Positions 32,942-42,108 of a DNA stretch of 43,452 nucleotides are shown here, piece by piece. The notes beneath the pieces are model-generated. The model searched no databases, was not told where the DNA came from, and worked only from the letters and a program-made list of their open reading frames with translations. How positions within the stretch are numbered: the first letter of the stretch is position 1; each line of letters opens with the position of its first letter. This DNA is from a virus. Taxonomy: Duplodnaviria; Caudoviricetes. The position numbers were made by a program, and so were the translations under genes. The stretch lies in the IMG/VR virus record IMGVR_UViG_3300012942_000071, positions 1 through 43,452 of that record, one strand, 5' to 3'.

Positions 32942-33241
32942 TTATCCACGGATAATTTTAGCTGGCGGGTGACCATTTCCGCCGCGCACACAATACCCTC
33001 CGTGACGTTCAGGCAATGAACAATCCACAGCATGATAACCAAACGTTTCACCCTCCGGGCGCAAACTATGTGTCAGGGAGCCGCACAAATCACATACGGC
33101 TATATCTTCGTTTGGCCCTTGCGGACCTCTATGTGGCGCATTTGGGCACTTTTCCGGGTTCTCTAAGTACTCGTAAAAGACGATGGGCGACAACTCATCA
33201 AGAGTTGCCGCCACGTCCGACTTACTGTTAGAGTTTCTCAT
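32942..33241 (-). CDS. Cys/His-rich hypothetical protein
   Basis: CDLC, HAVDC, RHGGYC. Confidence 0.55.
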   Translation of the reverse strand: MRNSNSKSDVAATLDELSPIVFYEYLENPEKCPNAPHRGPQGPNEDIAVCDLCGSLTHSLRPEGETFGYHAVDCSLPERHGGYCVRGGNGHPPAKIIRG

Positions 33242-34022
33242 CGAACAAACTCACCGCCTCATCCTCTGCTGCCTCCCAGCCAGCGAAAGTGCCGCCAACC
33301 TCTCGGCGCTTACGGTCACCCTGAGGCTTAGACAGATTATCGCCAAAACCGGGGTCTTTACCGTCACCCTCGCCAGAACCATTAGCCTCTTCGTCACCCT
33401 CACCCAGAGCACCGCGCATAAGCTCCTGCATGGCCTCCTGCAACGGAGAAAGCTGAGCACCCATTTCCTGCATGGCTTCAAGTGCCTCAGCCGCAGCCTC
33501 GCCGCCCTCACCACCGTCGATGCTCTTCTCGCCAGCCTCACCAGGCTGTGCAATCGTCTCATCAGGGCGCATACCAGCCAGAAGCTCCAACGTAGGCTGA
33601 TGATTGTTGTTACGCAGGAAGATCAGCGCGTGGCGCAGGCCGTCCATCTGATGCGGCATACCAGGCGTCCAACAATTCTGATCTTTAAGAAAGTTGTCGC
33701 TGATAAGCTGCTTCATTTTGGGTTCCTGATACGTGATATCGTCGCGCCAGAGAGCATACTGCACACCCTCAATACGGATGGGCTCACGGTTTGCACCGCG
33801 AACGTTGTGCTCAACCCAGCACTCGCTCACGTAATCCAGATCATCCGAAACAATAGAGCCCTCGAACCAGTCAAGGTAACCCTCATGTCCATTCGGAATC
33901 TGCGTCAGATAGATAAGCTCCGGCACGGTGGAATCAGTGTAGCGCAGAGCGGCAACACCGGTAGTCTCGCCAGGGTCCTGTCCAATGACGTACTTGTACT
34001 CTTCAATGTCGTCAAAGCTCAT
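33228..34022 (-). CDS. RuvC-like resolvase with long acidic C-terminal extension
   Basis: IGQDPGETTGVA, VSE, HQMDGLRHAL; GGAGG RBS. Confidence 0.75.
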   Translation of the reverse strand: MSFDDIEEYKYVIGQDPGETTGVAALRYTDSTVPELIYLTQIPNGHEGYLDWFEGSIVSDDLDYVSECWVEHNVRGANREPIRIEGVQYALWRDDITYQEPKMKQLISDNFLKDQNCWTPGMPHQMDGLRHALIFLRNNNHQPTLELLAGMRPDETIAQPGEAGEKSIDGGEGGEAAAEALEAMQEMGAQLSPLQEAMQELMRGALGEGDEEANGSGEGDGKDPGFGDNLSKPQGDRKRREVGGTFAGWEAAEDEAVSLFDEKL

Positions 34023-34245
34023 ATTCAACAACCTCCGCAGTGTAGTTAGGGTTAGCGATATTCTCTTCCTTAGCAAACGCCTCAGCGTCAATGCTCAGCG
34101 AGAACAATGCGAACGGCTTTTCGCCCTTTTCCTCGTCAGTAATACGATCCGGCACATACTGAACGGCGTAGACACAGCTACCCCAGTGCTCGTGGATCAG
34201 CTTAAGCAGTTCCTCATCTGAAAACTTAACAACCCTGAATCCCAT
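34012..34245 (-). CDS. Hypothetical protein
   Basis: GAAAGG RBS. Confidence 0.65.
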   Translation of the reverse strand: MGFRVVKFSDEELLKLIHEHWGSCVYAVQYVPDRITDEEKGEKPFALFSLSIDAEAFAKEENIANPNYTAEVVEYEL

Positions 34246-34288
34246 AATAAAACCAACCTTTCTGTTTCTGTGTTTTGTGCTCGTGTTG

Positions 34289-34329
34289 AAAAATAGTGGG
34301 TGCCGTGCGCTCGAAAGCACGGTGCCTGC
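34289..34329 (-). terminator. Intrinsic terminator
   Basis: GGCACCGTGC-loop-GCACGGCACC then TATTTTT. Confidence 0.7.
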
Positions 34330-34351
34330 CCGTCACCCCAGTTTAGCTCAG

Positions 34352-34579
34352 TTACGCCAGAACATCAATAGTAACGTCCGGGTTGGCGTCCAGGAATTCC
34401 TGGAATGTCTCGGTGCTGCGCGGGTTCTCAAATCCACTCACCAGCCAAGCCTTCCAAACTTCATTCGTCCCAGGCTCCACGAACGGCACGAGGATAGCAA
34501 CAGTCTGATCTGCATAACCCACATCGCTGTTCATGTTGATACGCACAATAGCGTAATCGTTGTCAGGAAGCTTTGCCAT
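34352..34579 (-). CDS. Hypothetical protein
   Basis: AAAGGAG RBS. Confidence 0.75.
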   Translation of the reverse strand: MAKLPDNDYAIVRINMNSDVGYADQTVAILVPFVEPGTNEVWKAWLVSGFENPRSTETFQEFLDANPDVTIDVLA

Positions 34580-34599
34580 AATTTTCTCCTTTGTGTTGG

Positions 34600-34995
34600 T
34601 TAGTTGTTGCCCGCTGTTTGCAGGTTCAGGTCAAGCGTCTGCGGCTTAACAATGATCCGGTACGCGAACGGATCGGCATGGGTAGCCTTAGACTGGACAG
34701 ACAGAACCTCGTCCTGATCGCCAATCCACAGCAACTCCTTAACGTACTTGTCGTTTCCAATCTTGCACGTCACAGTGTGCTTATGCCCGCTATCAGTGTT
34801 ACCAAGCGAGCACAGTCCGCTGATCTGATACAGCACAGCACCAGTGATGCCATTCTGCACCACAATGTCGCGGTGAATCTTAAAGCTGTCTGCATCCTGC
34901 GACAAGTTGTTGCTCACAGTATCCGCCTGTGACGTACAACCGGCCAAAGCCAATGCCCCCGCCGCAATAAAACAAGCTGCCAGAACCTTTTTCAT
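34600..34995 (-). CDS. Lipoprotein
   Basis: MKK-hydrophobic-LAGC lipobox. Confidence 0.8.
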   Translation of the reverse strand: MKKVLAACFIAAGALALAGCTSQADTVSNNLSQDADSFKIHRDIVVQNGITGAVLYQISGLCSLGNTDSGHKHTVTCKIGNDKYVKELLWIGDQDEVLSVQSKATHADPFAYRIIVKPQTLDLNLQTAGNN

Positions 34996-34997
34996 AC

Positions 34998-35882
34998 TTA
35001 CCATCCTCTCGTGTTACCCGCCACAACCAGCGGCTTCTCGCTGAACGTCATACCAAGATCAATGGCCTCACGAATGTTGGCCTCAATCTCGTCAAACGCC
35101 TTCTCCATTTCCTTAGAGCCGTTTGGTCCCTGATCAGAGTACGGCATGTACCCACCCACATAGATGTAGAAACCATCCTCAGGCTCGGGCTTGTACTTTA
35201 GCATACGCTTGTCGTACTGAACGCTGGAACCGTAACCGTAACTCCACGTCTTGCTCTGCTCCATGATCAGAAACTCAACGCGGCGCAGCCAATCAGGATG
35301 CATCGCCACGGCAAGGTGGTTAAGGTCAAACGGGTCTTGGAATTCCTTAACAACCGTCTGTAGCGAGCTAACCTCAGAGTCCTCACTAAGCACAATCTGG
35401 CACCTAATGTCCTGCGTTTCAAGCCAGTCCACCAGGCGCAGAACGCGCTTCTGCTTAGCCGTCTGGTAACCCTTGTCAGTGTAGTACACATAGCTACCAA
35501 GAATGTTGATAGTCGCGAACGTGCTCTTAGGATTACCCATGACCGCGTTACCGAAAACCTCCGGCACACCCTCCATGTAAAGGTCCATGTCCAGGTAATC
35601 TCCGGTCACATCGAACAGAACATCTTTACCGGGAGACTCGATCTTTTCAAGCTTGTCGTCGTTCTGCGAAAAGTCGCGGATGCGCTCAGGATGATTCCTG
35701 AAAATATCCACGGCCTCGCTCAAAGAACCAAAGCCGTAGAAGCTGTCACCCTTACCAGAACGGTCGGATGCTCTCTCCTGCTGAGGCTTCCAACCCAAAC
35801 GGTCGATAACCTTAAAAACCTCTGGCACTGACTCGAACTTGCAAGACAGCTTGCCATTCTTAAGCTCGCTAATGTATGCCAT
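34998..35882 (-). CDS. VWA-like partner of MoxR ATPase
   Basis: DVTGDYLDMDLYMEGVPE, VKEFQDP...HPDWLRR...YGYG; near AAA gene. Confidence 0.6.
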   Translation of the reverse strand: MAYISELKNGKLSCKFESVPEVFKVIDRLGWKPQQERASDRSGKGDSFYGFGSLSEAVDIFRNHPERIRDFSQNDDKLEKIESPGKDVLFDVTGDYLDMDLYMEGVPEVFGNAVMGNPKSTFATINILGSYVYYTDKGYQTAKQKRVLRLVDWLETQDIRCQIVLSEDSEVSSLQTVVKEFQDPFDLNHLAVAMHPDWLRRVEFLIMEQSKTWSYGYGSSVQYDKRMLKYKPEPEDGFYIYVGGYMPYSDQGPNGSKEMEKAFDEIEANIREAIDLGMTFSEKPLVVAGNTRGW

Positions 35883-36135
35883 TTTCTCTCCGTTCTTTGA
35901 CTTTAGCCAAAATGACCAAAGCTAATTCTTCTGCCTCATCTAAACTAGCGTGCACACCTACTACATGACCACCACTACCATCATAGTCGGAAACCCGTAA
36001 ATACAACCCATCAGTAAAATGACTATTATCGAGGTCCACATACATGTTCTTTACGGTTTTTTCGTAAATATTGTCCTTAATATTCACCGTATAAAAATCA
36101 TGCGTAGTACCTCTGCATCGCGTTTTACTGATCAT
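35869..36135 (-). CDS. Small protein, beta + C-terminal helix family
   Basis: SLDEAEELALVIL. Confidence 0.65.
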   Translation of the reverse strand: MISKTRCRGTTHDFYTVNIKDNIYEKTVKNMYVDLDNSHFTDGLYLRVSDYDGSGGHVVGVHASLDEAEELALVILAKVKERRENGIH

Positions 36136-36352
36136 CGTTAATCTCTTTGGCAAGCATCAGCAGAGACAAAGCAATTTCTTCGGCCTCTTCCGTATTTATG
36201 TGCACGCTAGCGCCATTGACAAAAAGAAAAATAAGCTTCTCGTTTGAGTGACTTCTGTCTATCAGAACCTCAGTATCTTGATTGCCTACGTTAATCTCAA
36301 TAACGCTGTGATCGCCAAAGTGATTATGCTTGTAAGTACTTTTAATAGCCAT
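36125..36352 (-). CDS. Small protein, beta + C-terminal helix family
   Basis: GGAGG RBS; NTEEAEEIALSLL. Confidence 0.7.
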   Translation of the reverse strand: MAIKSTYKHNHFGDHSVIEINVGNQDTEVLIDRSHSNEKLIFLFVNGASVHINTEEAEEIALSLLMLAKEINDDQ

Positions 36353-36363
36353 TTTAAGCCTCC

Positions 36364-36400
36364 AAACAGAGGGGGAGGGCACTAATGTGTACCCTCCCCA
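36364..36400 (-). terminator. Intrinsic terminator
   Basis: GGGGAGGGTAC-loop-GTGCCCTCCCC then TCTGTTT. Confidence 0.7.
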
Positions 36401-36416
36401 TCATCAGCGGCACTGA

Positions 36417-37514
36417 CTACTTTTTGTTGTAGACGGTGCGCGCAAGGTGTTCAAGCCCTGTGCGCTCGCTAGCGGGCATGTTACCAGTCAGGGCAATCGG
36501 CAGTACGTCCTCAAACTTCATGCCCGCAGACAGCAGCTTAGCACCACGCTGGGTAGCACGAGGACTGACCACCACTCGAAGCTCCAACTCTTCTACGACG
36601 CGCTTACGCACGGCGCGGACGGTAGCAAGCCACTTCGTGTGCTCACCAGCCAGACGCTCTTCCACACGGTCGTCAATGTCCCAATTGAGCACGACAAACC
36701 GGTCAAGGGTTGCCGCGTCAAGCTGATTACGACCAACATACTGCCGTGACGCACCATGACCATACGTGTTCGCCGTGGCGACCATGCGGAAATCATCGTG
36801 CATTGCGATCATAGCATCCGGGAATGCCATACGACCGTTCGACAGCGCCGCGTTCAGCAGAATCAGAACGTTGCTGTTACCAGCGTCCGCCTCATCCAGA
36901 AGGAACACACCACCATGCTCATACGCCTCACGGAACTGCGTGCGCACATAGTTGTGGTTAGCGTCCAGGTAACCCACCAGGTCACTCTTAGAGGTCTGAG
37001 AGCCGACGCTGATCGTGTGGAACGCGAGGTCCAGCACGTCTGCCGCCTGAGCAGCAGCGTGCGTCTTACCAGTACCGGCAGGGCCGACCAGAAGCGCGGG
37101 CAGACCGCTCTCCATGATAACCAACAGGTTCTCGAACTGGTTGTGATTCACACCCTTAAGAGTCTTGCGACCTCGCGGCGTCTTAACCTCAACCGTGCGA
37201 ACAGTGTTCGCCAGATCGAGAAGCTTAGTCTCAGTTTCGTCAAGCTGTTTCTGCAACTTCTTGTTAAGATCAACAGACTCGCGCTTGGTCAACTCTGCAA
37301 TCGTCTTAGCAATCGCAGGTTGCATCGTAGACTTAGTGGTTTCGATAAGCTCGTCACTCAGAGCCTTGATGGTCGTGTCGTAGACAGCAACCTTACCATC
37401 ATCCTCGACCTTGGCCTTGCCAAGTTCCTTGCCGGTAGGGCCGCCAGTGATTCCCATACCGAGAATCTGTCGCATGTCCTCCAATGTAACCTTAGGCTTT
37501 GCATCTGTTGCCAT
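36417..37514 (-). CDS. MoxR/CbbQ-like AAA+ ATPase
   Basis: GPAGTGKT, FLLDEAD, ATANT, LDAATLDRF, SPR. Confidence 0.9.
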   Translation of the reverse strand: MATDAKPKVTLEDMRQILGMGITGGPTGKELGKAKVEDDGKVAVYDTTIKALSDELIETTKSTMQPAIAKTIAELTKRESVDLNKKLQKQLDETETKLLDLANTVRTVEVKTPRGRKTLKGVNHNQFENLLVIMESGLPALLVGPAGTGKTHAAAQAADVLDLAFHTISVGSQTSKSDLVGYLDANHNYVRTQFREAYEHGGVFLLDEADAGNSNVLILLNAALSNGRMAFPDAMIAMHDDFRMVATANTYGHGASRQYVGRNQLDAATLDRFVVLNWDIDDRVEERLAGEHTKWLATVRAVRKRVVEELELRVVVSPRATQRGAKLLSAGMKFEDVLPIALTGNMPASERTGLEHLARTVYNKK

Positions 37515-37516
37515 AA

Positions 37517-37864
37517 TTAATCTCCCTTTTCCATGTGGTGCTTCTGATATGCCAGACCCGCAATACCCGCAGAAATAACCATCTGCAAGGCCATAGGAGC
37601 AAGGTCTTGCTGTGTAATTTTGATTTTGTTAGCGTACTCAATACGCAGCTTCTTGTTATTCGGATCAGCCAACAGAGCCTCATGTGTCTTAATCAGATCA
37701 ACAATAAGCTCTTTGACAGCCAGAATCAACTCTGTCATGTTGTTAACGTCTGCATCGTTCTCGTTAGCACCGGTATTGTCCGCCAGATACTTACGAATCA
37801 GGTCACGATCAACGCTATCGTCCTCACCATTAAAGTATTCGCTGTTACCAAATACGTCAACCAT
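37517..37864 (-). CDS. Hypothetical protein
   Basis: TAATG coupling; starts MVDVFG. Confidence 0.7.
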   Translation of the reverse strand: MVDVFGNSEYFNGEDDSVDRDLIRKYLADNTGANENDADVNNMTELILAVKELIVDLIKTHEALLADPNNKKLRIEYANKIKITQQDLAPMALQMVISAGIAGLAYQKHHMEKGD

Positions 37865-38244
37865 TAAATCTCTCCAATCGCGTACATGGCTTCCCACACA
37901 TCAAGTGCGCGAGTCGTAAAATACAAGAGATTGTTGTTGTCGTCAATGGCCTGTCCATCCGACGTAACCGGCACGACGGCAGTCTCTTCGTAGTGCACCA
38001 GCGTACCGTCAATCTCGTCATTAACGATAGCCACTGCCACGATAACATGATCAGTGCTCTTGATGTTGAATTCGCGGCCCATAAGCTTACGGTAGTAGTG
38101 CTTTTTGGACAGCTTCACGAGCCTACCGATACGTGAAGAGTTGTTCTCCCCAGTCTGGTCCCACAGAACCTTTACAACCTCATACAAAGGCTCCGGTCCA
38201 GGTCGGTCGTCCTCCGGCAGATTCGCTACTGTTGTTTCGCTCAT
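37864..38244 (-). CDS. Hypothetical protein
   Basis: GAGGGAG RBS. Confidence 0.7.
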   Translation of the reverse strand: MSETTVANLPEDDRPGPEPLYEVVKVLWDQTGENNSSRIGRLVKLSKKHYYRKLMGREFNIKSTDHVIVAVAIVNDEIDGTLVHYEETAVVPVTSDGQAIDDNNNLLYFTTRALDVWEAMYAIGEI

Positions 38245-38482
38245 ATTCAAGCTCCCTCTCAATTCTGTGTTGATCTGTGATAATGGTGTAGAAGGTGTAA
38301 GTGTTACCGTCAGACTCAGGGAACACTTCAAGTGTTGTGTTGTCCTTGCCCACGAAAGCAGACATGAAAGCGTAATAATCTTCCGTGCCAGCAGATACTG
38401 TAGCTACTTTTCGAAGCAGCACAGGAGGGTCTTGCTTAAGCATCTTACGCTTAAAGGCGTCATATTCAAGTGCAAACATCAT
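38180..38482 (-). CDS. Hypothetical protein
   Basis: GGAGG RBS, ATGA overlap. Confidence 0.65.
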   Translation of the reverse strand: MMFALEYDAFKRKMLKQDPPVLLRKVATVSAGTEDYYAFMSAFVGKDNTTLEVFPESDGNTYTFYTIITDQHRIERELEYERNNSSESAGGRPTWTGAFV

Positions 38483-38658
38483 TTCCCAAAAACCTCCAAT
38501 TTATAATAGCTAAGCACAGTGATCAGATCATCAAGCTCTTCCTCGTTCAGTAGGGTCGATATGGTAGACAACCTCAAACTTATCCATGCTGGGTTCATAT
38601 CCTTAAACGGCACTACTTCTAAAGTAGTGCAGCCCTCGCCGTGACGTTTAATTTTCAA
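38479..38658 (-). CDS. Small protein, beta + C-terminal helix family
   Basis: LNEEELDDLITVLSYYK. Confidence 0.65.
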   Translation of the reverse strand: MKIKRHGEGCTTLEVVPFKDMNPAWISLRLSTISTLLNEEELDDLITVLSYYKLEVFGK

Positions 38659-38887
38659 CGATGCCCTCTTCTGCTCGCTTTTTATAGTACAGAAGTGCCA
38701 CAATCAGATCATCGACCTCTTCCGGTAGAAGCAGAACAGCCCTATTACCTGTACTCGACGTAATACGCAGCCTAACGGCGTTTTTGTGGACCAGACCGTT
38801 TATACCGGTACTAACGTCAACAGTAATAGGCTCATAGCCAAAATGCCTATAGCCCTCTAGCACACTATCAGGTCTATCAAGTTTCAT
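38648..38887 (-). CDS. Small protein, beta + C-terminal helix family
   Basis: LLPEEVDDLIVALLYYK. Confidence 0.7.
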   Translation of the reverse strand: MKLDRPDSVLEGYRHFGYEPITVDVSTGINGLVHKNAVRLRITSSTGNRAVLLLPEEVDDLIVALLYYKKRAEEGIVEN

Positions 38888-39098
38888 CAGGAATTTCGCC
38901 CTTAGCCTTCATAAGGTGATATTGCAACATCACAATAAGGTCTTCGCATTCCTGGAAATCAAGGTCACGGTTCTTGCGCCTGGACGGTGTTGACATTGCA
39001 TCGTCCCCCAGCGACAAGCGCACACGGGGGCCGCTCTCCTGTGTAACGACACCCACATCTATAGGCGTCTTGCCGCGCCTACTTGATCTTAGTCTCAT
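38877..39098 (-). CDS. Small protein, beta + C-terminal helix family
   Basis: LDFQECEDLIVMLQYH. Confidence 0.7.
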   Translation of the reverse strand: MRLRSSRRGKTPIDVGVVTQESGPRVRLSLGDDAMSTPSRRKNRDLDFQECEDLIVMLQYHLMKAKGEIPDET

Positions 39099-39128
39099 AG
39101 CCTCACGGCCCCCTTTCTTGTTAACTAA

Positions 39129-39608
39129 CTAGTAACTCAGCTTGGCGATAATTTTCGCATACAGCTTTTTGCGCTTACGGTTGACAGGTGTGTCTTCAAG
39201 CCACTCAGCGGGCGGCTCAGGAACACCATCGTAGATATTAACAGTATACACATCGCTGCCGATTGTTACGGTTGCCTGATTGTCCAAATCGTCGCCGTTG
39301 ATGTAGTAGGTTTCCACAACATCGTCAGACTCCGGCTTGGTCGGTTCAGGCTTACCCAGCGAGCGCAGCTTGCTCTCAGTGAGCGTATCATAGATGAACG
39401 TCCGGTTCTGCTTGCCGATGATATCAGCAATCTCAGCCACAGTGTAACCCTGTGAACGGAGAGTGTTAATCTCATCGCCAATGTCAGCCTTGAACGGTGC
39501 AAGCTCAGCCGCAAGTTCAAGTCGCTGCCTCAGCTTAGCCTCTTCGTGCTTACGCCGAAAGACGTTCATCGCCTTGACTAGTGCTGTCTCACTGCCCGTT
39601 TTGCTCAT
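39129..39608 (-). CDS. HTH-containing protein
   Basis: GYTVAEIADIIGKQNRTFIYDTL; AAGGAG RBS. Confidence 0.65.
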   Translation of the reverse strand: MSKTGSETALVKAMNVFRRKHEEAKLRQRLELAAELAPFKADIGDEINTLRSQGYTVAEIADIIGKQNRTFIYDTLTESKLRSLGKPEPTKPESDDVVETYYINGDDLDNQATVTIGSDVYTVNIYDGVPEPPAEWLEDTPVNRKRKKLYAKIIAKLSY

Positions 39609-39921
39609 TAGGATGCTCCTTTTCCCACTGTGCGACAGTAGAAACAACGCCGACGCTGATCGTCGCCATGACCAAGGCGCTGCCAAGCTGATTGAAAGCC
39701 CTAGCAAGCACTTCAAGGTCTTCGTTAGAAATCTGAGGGTATCGTTTAACGACCTCCACCACCAGACTCTCGTGAGCAGTGATCAATTCCTCAGACACTC
39801 GACGGCCCTCGTCAGCAGCAGCGTCGATAGCTTCCTGCAACGTAGCATATCCAGCCGTAGGATTCTTAGCGTCGTACGCCGTGTTCTTGTCACCCGAAGG
39901 TGTACCGAAAACGTCACTCAT
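39589..39921 (-). CDS. Hypothetical protein
   Basis: Starts MSDVFG right after previous stop. Confidence 0.7.
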   Translation of the reverse strand: MSDVFGTPSGDKNTAYDAKNPTAGYATLQEAIDAAADEGRRVSEELITAHESLVVEVVKRYPQISNEDLEVLARAFNQLGSALVMATISVGVVSTVAQWEKEHPNEQNGQ

Positions 39922-39922
39922 C

Positions 39923-40186
39923 TTAGTCACCATACTCTTCCTTATAGAGCGCGAAAAGCTCGTAGTAAAGACTGTCCACAGCCTGAACCATAGCTCCCAG
40001 CGTTTCCTTGTCCCTAGCGACATTCGCCACGGAGAGCTTGAAATCGAGTCGATCTTCGTCATTGACGCCAAGATAGTCGATACGGACGTAGACCTCATCA
40101 GTCTCGTCACCTGGAACAGGCTCGCTCTCCACGCGACCATTGCGCTCCGGGTTACCGAAATGCTGTCCACTAAACACATCAGCCAT
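39923..40186 (-). CDS. Hypothetical protein
   Basis: AAGGAG RBS; starts MADVFS. Confidence 0.75.
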   Translation of the reverse strand: MADVFSGQHFGNPERNGRVESEPVPGDETDEVYVRIDYLGVNDEDRLDFKLSVANVARDKETLGAMVQAVDSLYYELFALYKEEYGD

Positions 40187-40192
40187 AACTAG

Positions 40193-40432
40193 TTACTCCT
40201 TTTCATCCCATGCGTCATAGTACGCAATTTCGTATTCGTGCAAGATTTCTTGCTCATCATTATTGTTAAGGTAATTCTCTCCGGTTACCCGGTAGATAAT
40301 ATCCTCAATATCGTACAATGACCAAACATCGTCAGGTGCCTGTTCGACACCTTCCAATACTTCGTTATCAACGTCCGCTTGCGCAATCTCTCGCGTCCGC
40401 TCAATTGTACGATCTGTTACCACATAGCTCAT
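40193..40432 (-). CDS. Acidic hypothetical protein
   Basis: ATGA overlap. Confidence 0.7.
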   Translation of the reverse strand: MSYVVTDRTIERTREIAQADVDNEVLEGVEQAPDDVWSLYDIEDIIYRVTGENYLNNNDEQEILHEYEIAYYDAWDEKE

Positions 40433-40719
40433 ATTCCATTCTCCAATAGAAATGCAATTGCACTCACAAATACCTCATGTGGCATTTTCATTGTCCACCT
40501 AGCATATTTGTCGCTGTCTTTGTCCTCACTATAGGTATATATTCCATAACCATCACGATTGTCTTCACGTAGTGCGAGCCAATATTCGCTATTGCGCATT
40601 ATGAGAACGTCGTGATAACGGCCCTTATTGGCTTGATTAATTACCGTCCAGGTAACATCATCGTCTGCGTCCTTAAAGACAAACTCATTATCACGCTTTT
40701 TATCTATCGTAATTGGCAT
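40429..40719 (-). CDS. Hypothetical protein
   Basis: AAGGAG RBS. Confidence 0.7.
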   Translation of the reverse strand: MPITIDKKRDNEFVFKDADDDVTWTVINQANKGRYHDVLIMRNSEYWLALREDNRDGYGIYTYSEDKDSDKYARWTMKMPHEVFVSAIAFLLENGI

Positions 40720-41077
40720 CCATTTGCTCCTTTTCTGACAGGAAACGTGCTAAAACACCCATGAACACAACCTCTGGAACACCAAAATACCAGAAATTAG
40801 TATCCTTGTTGTTGAAGCTTTTGTCTATTCCTATAGTCGAATACGCAGGATCATATCTAAGCCCGATGCAATGCCCGTACTTAAATCCATCAGGCCGGGG
40901 ATCAACAGCAACAACAATAGTGAAAGAGTGCTTATACCTTTGTACTTTAACCTTCCATATATAGGTACGCTCGGGATCGCGGTTGTCTAGGTATTCATCT
41001 GTGATTACCGTAAGAAAGTCGTCGTTATCTACCTCTGTATGATGTGACAGTACCACATTACCTGTCATGGAGGTCAA
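40700..41077 (-). CDS. Hypothetical protein
   Basis: TTGA overlap. Confidence 0.65.
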   Translation of the reverse strand: MTSMTGNVVLSHHTEVDNDDFLTVITDEYLDNRDPERTYIWKVKVQRYKHSFTIVVAVDPRPDGFKYGHCIGLRYDPAYSTIGIDKSFNNKDTNFWYFGVPEVVFMGVLARFLSEKEQMDANYDR

Positions 41078-41385
41078 CCACCCACAGGAACCTCGTAGCG
41101 GAATCCGTGACGAATCTGCAACAGAAGCTCGTTACCGGTCGAGAGGTTGCGGACCGTGACCAGCGAATACTTGTCGTTGCCCGTCACGACACCGTTAGTG
41201 TGGTGCACAGTGACAATCTCGAATTCAGGCTGATAGTTGCTGTACGACCGGATACGCGGAATACGAAACCGGCGACCCTCCGGCTGAGGGTGCTTGCCCC
41301 GAGGGAACACCGTCACGAGGTTGGCACCCAGAGTGCTCGTGTACTTACGTCCAGCCTTAATGTTGTTTGCCTTTTCGTTTGCCAT
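41074..41385 (-). CDS. Basic hypothetical protein
   Basis: AAAGGAG RBS. Confidence 0.75.
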   Translation of the reverse strand: MANEKANNIKAGRKYTSTLGANLVTVFPRGKHPQPEGRRFRIPRIRSYSNYQPEFEIVTVHHTNGVVTGNDKYSLVTVRNLSTGNELLLQIRHGFRYEVPVGG

Positions 41386-41417
41386 AATGGTTTCTCCTTT
41401 TGTGATTTGGTTTAGTT

Positions 41418-41660
41418 TTACAGAATGCTGTCAGTCGTAAGCGTCTTCGTGGTTGCATCCCACCCGACAATAAAGAGCAGGATACCGTTATCCTCAGCGT
41501 ACTTGATCGACTCTTCGACTGATTTAAGATGCCGATCCATGTACGCGATAAGAGTCTTGACCTCAGCCCTAGCGTCTTCAATGTTTGTGGCTTCAAGTGC
41601 CTCACCCACGTTGAAGCCAGAGCCGTCAAGCCTTGACTCTCCCAGATAAAACGTAGCCAT
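41418..41660 (-). CDS. Hypothetical protein
   Basis: Tight packing. Confidence 0.7.
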   Translation of the reverse strand: MATFYLGESRLDGSGFNVGEALEATNIEDARAEVKTLIAYMDRHLKSVEESIKYAEDNGILLFIVGWDATTKTLTTDSIL

Positions 41661-41662
41661 AA

Positions 41663-41947
41663 TTACAGCCTGCCTTTCTTAGCGTCATTGTAGCGGTCAA
41701 TATCGCGGAAAAGCCAGTATACCCAGAAAACCAGGATAACCAACATCGCCGCGCCAAAGATCGGCTGATTAGTTGCGAAATCGAACACTCCGAACACAAC
41801 GGTCCACAGCACCCAGAACGAGCTATACGCAATAGCTACTTTACGGCGCTTAAGCTGTGCCTTACGAATCCGTGCCTCTACGGCTGCGACAAAGGAATCA
41901 TCCTCTGCCAATTTCTGCATGTGTTGCTTAAGTTGTTCTCTTGCCAT
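41663..41947 (-). CDS. Two-TM membrane protein
   Basis: GGAGG RBS; hydrophobic hairpin. Confidence 0.7.
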   Translation of the reverse strand: MAREQLKQHMQKLAEDDSFVAAVEARIRKAQLKRRKVAIAYSSFWVLWTVVFGVFDFATNQPIFGAAMLVILVFWVYWLFRDIDRYNDAKKGRL

Positions 41948-42108
41948 TATGCCAAAACCTCCAAACGGTTGACGTTGACCAAAAACTTGTTACCGTCTTG
42001 ATCAACTACAATACGGAATTGCTGCTTATCAGGATCAGTCGGAATTTCCACGACTGTTACAACGCTTTGCTCATTGGTGATCGGCGCTGTGTACACTGCG
42101 TTAAACAC
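41947..42108 (-). CDS. 53 aa hypothetical protein (not in ORF track)
   Basis: GAGGT RBS, GTG start, TAATG coupling; MFNAVYTAPITNEQSVVTVVEIP...LEVLA. Confidence 0.65.
   Translation of the reverse strand: MFNAVYTAPITNEQSVVTVVEIPTDPDKQQFRIVVDQDGNKFLVNVNRLEVLA

Noticed and set aside
33183-37520. Long + strand ORFs (288 aa at 33183, 254 aa at 36756)
   Set aside because: Antisense shadows of the resolvase and AAA genes, expected from codon bias.
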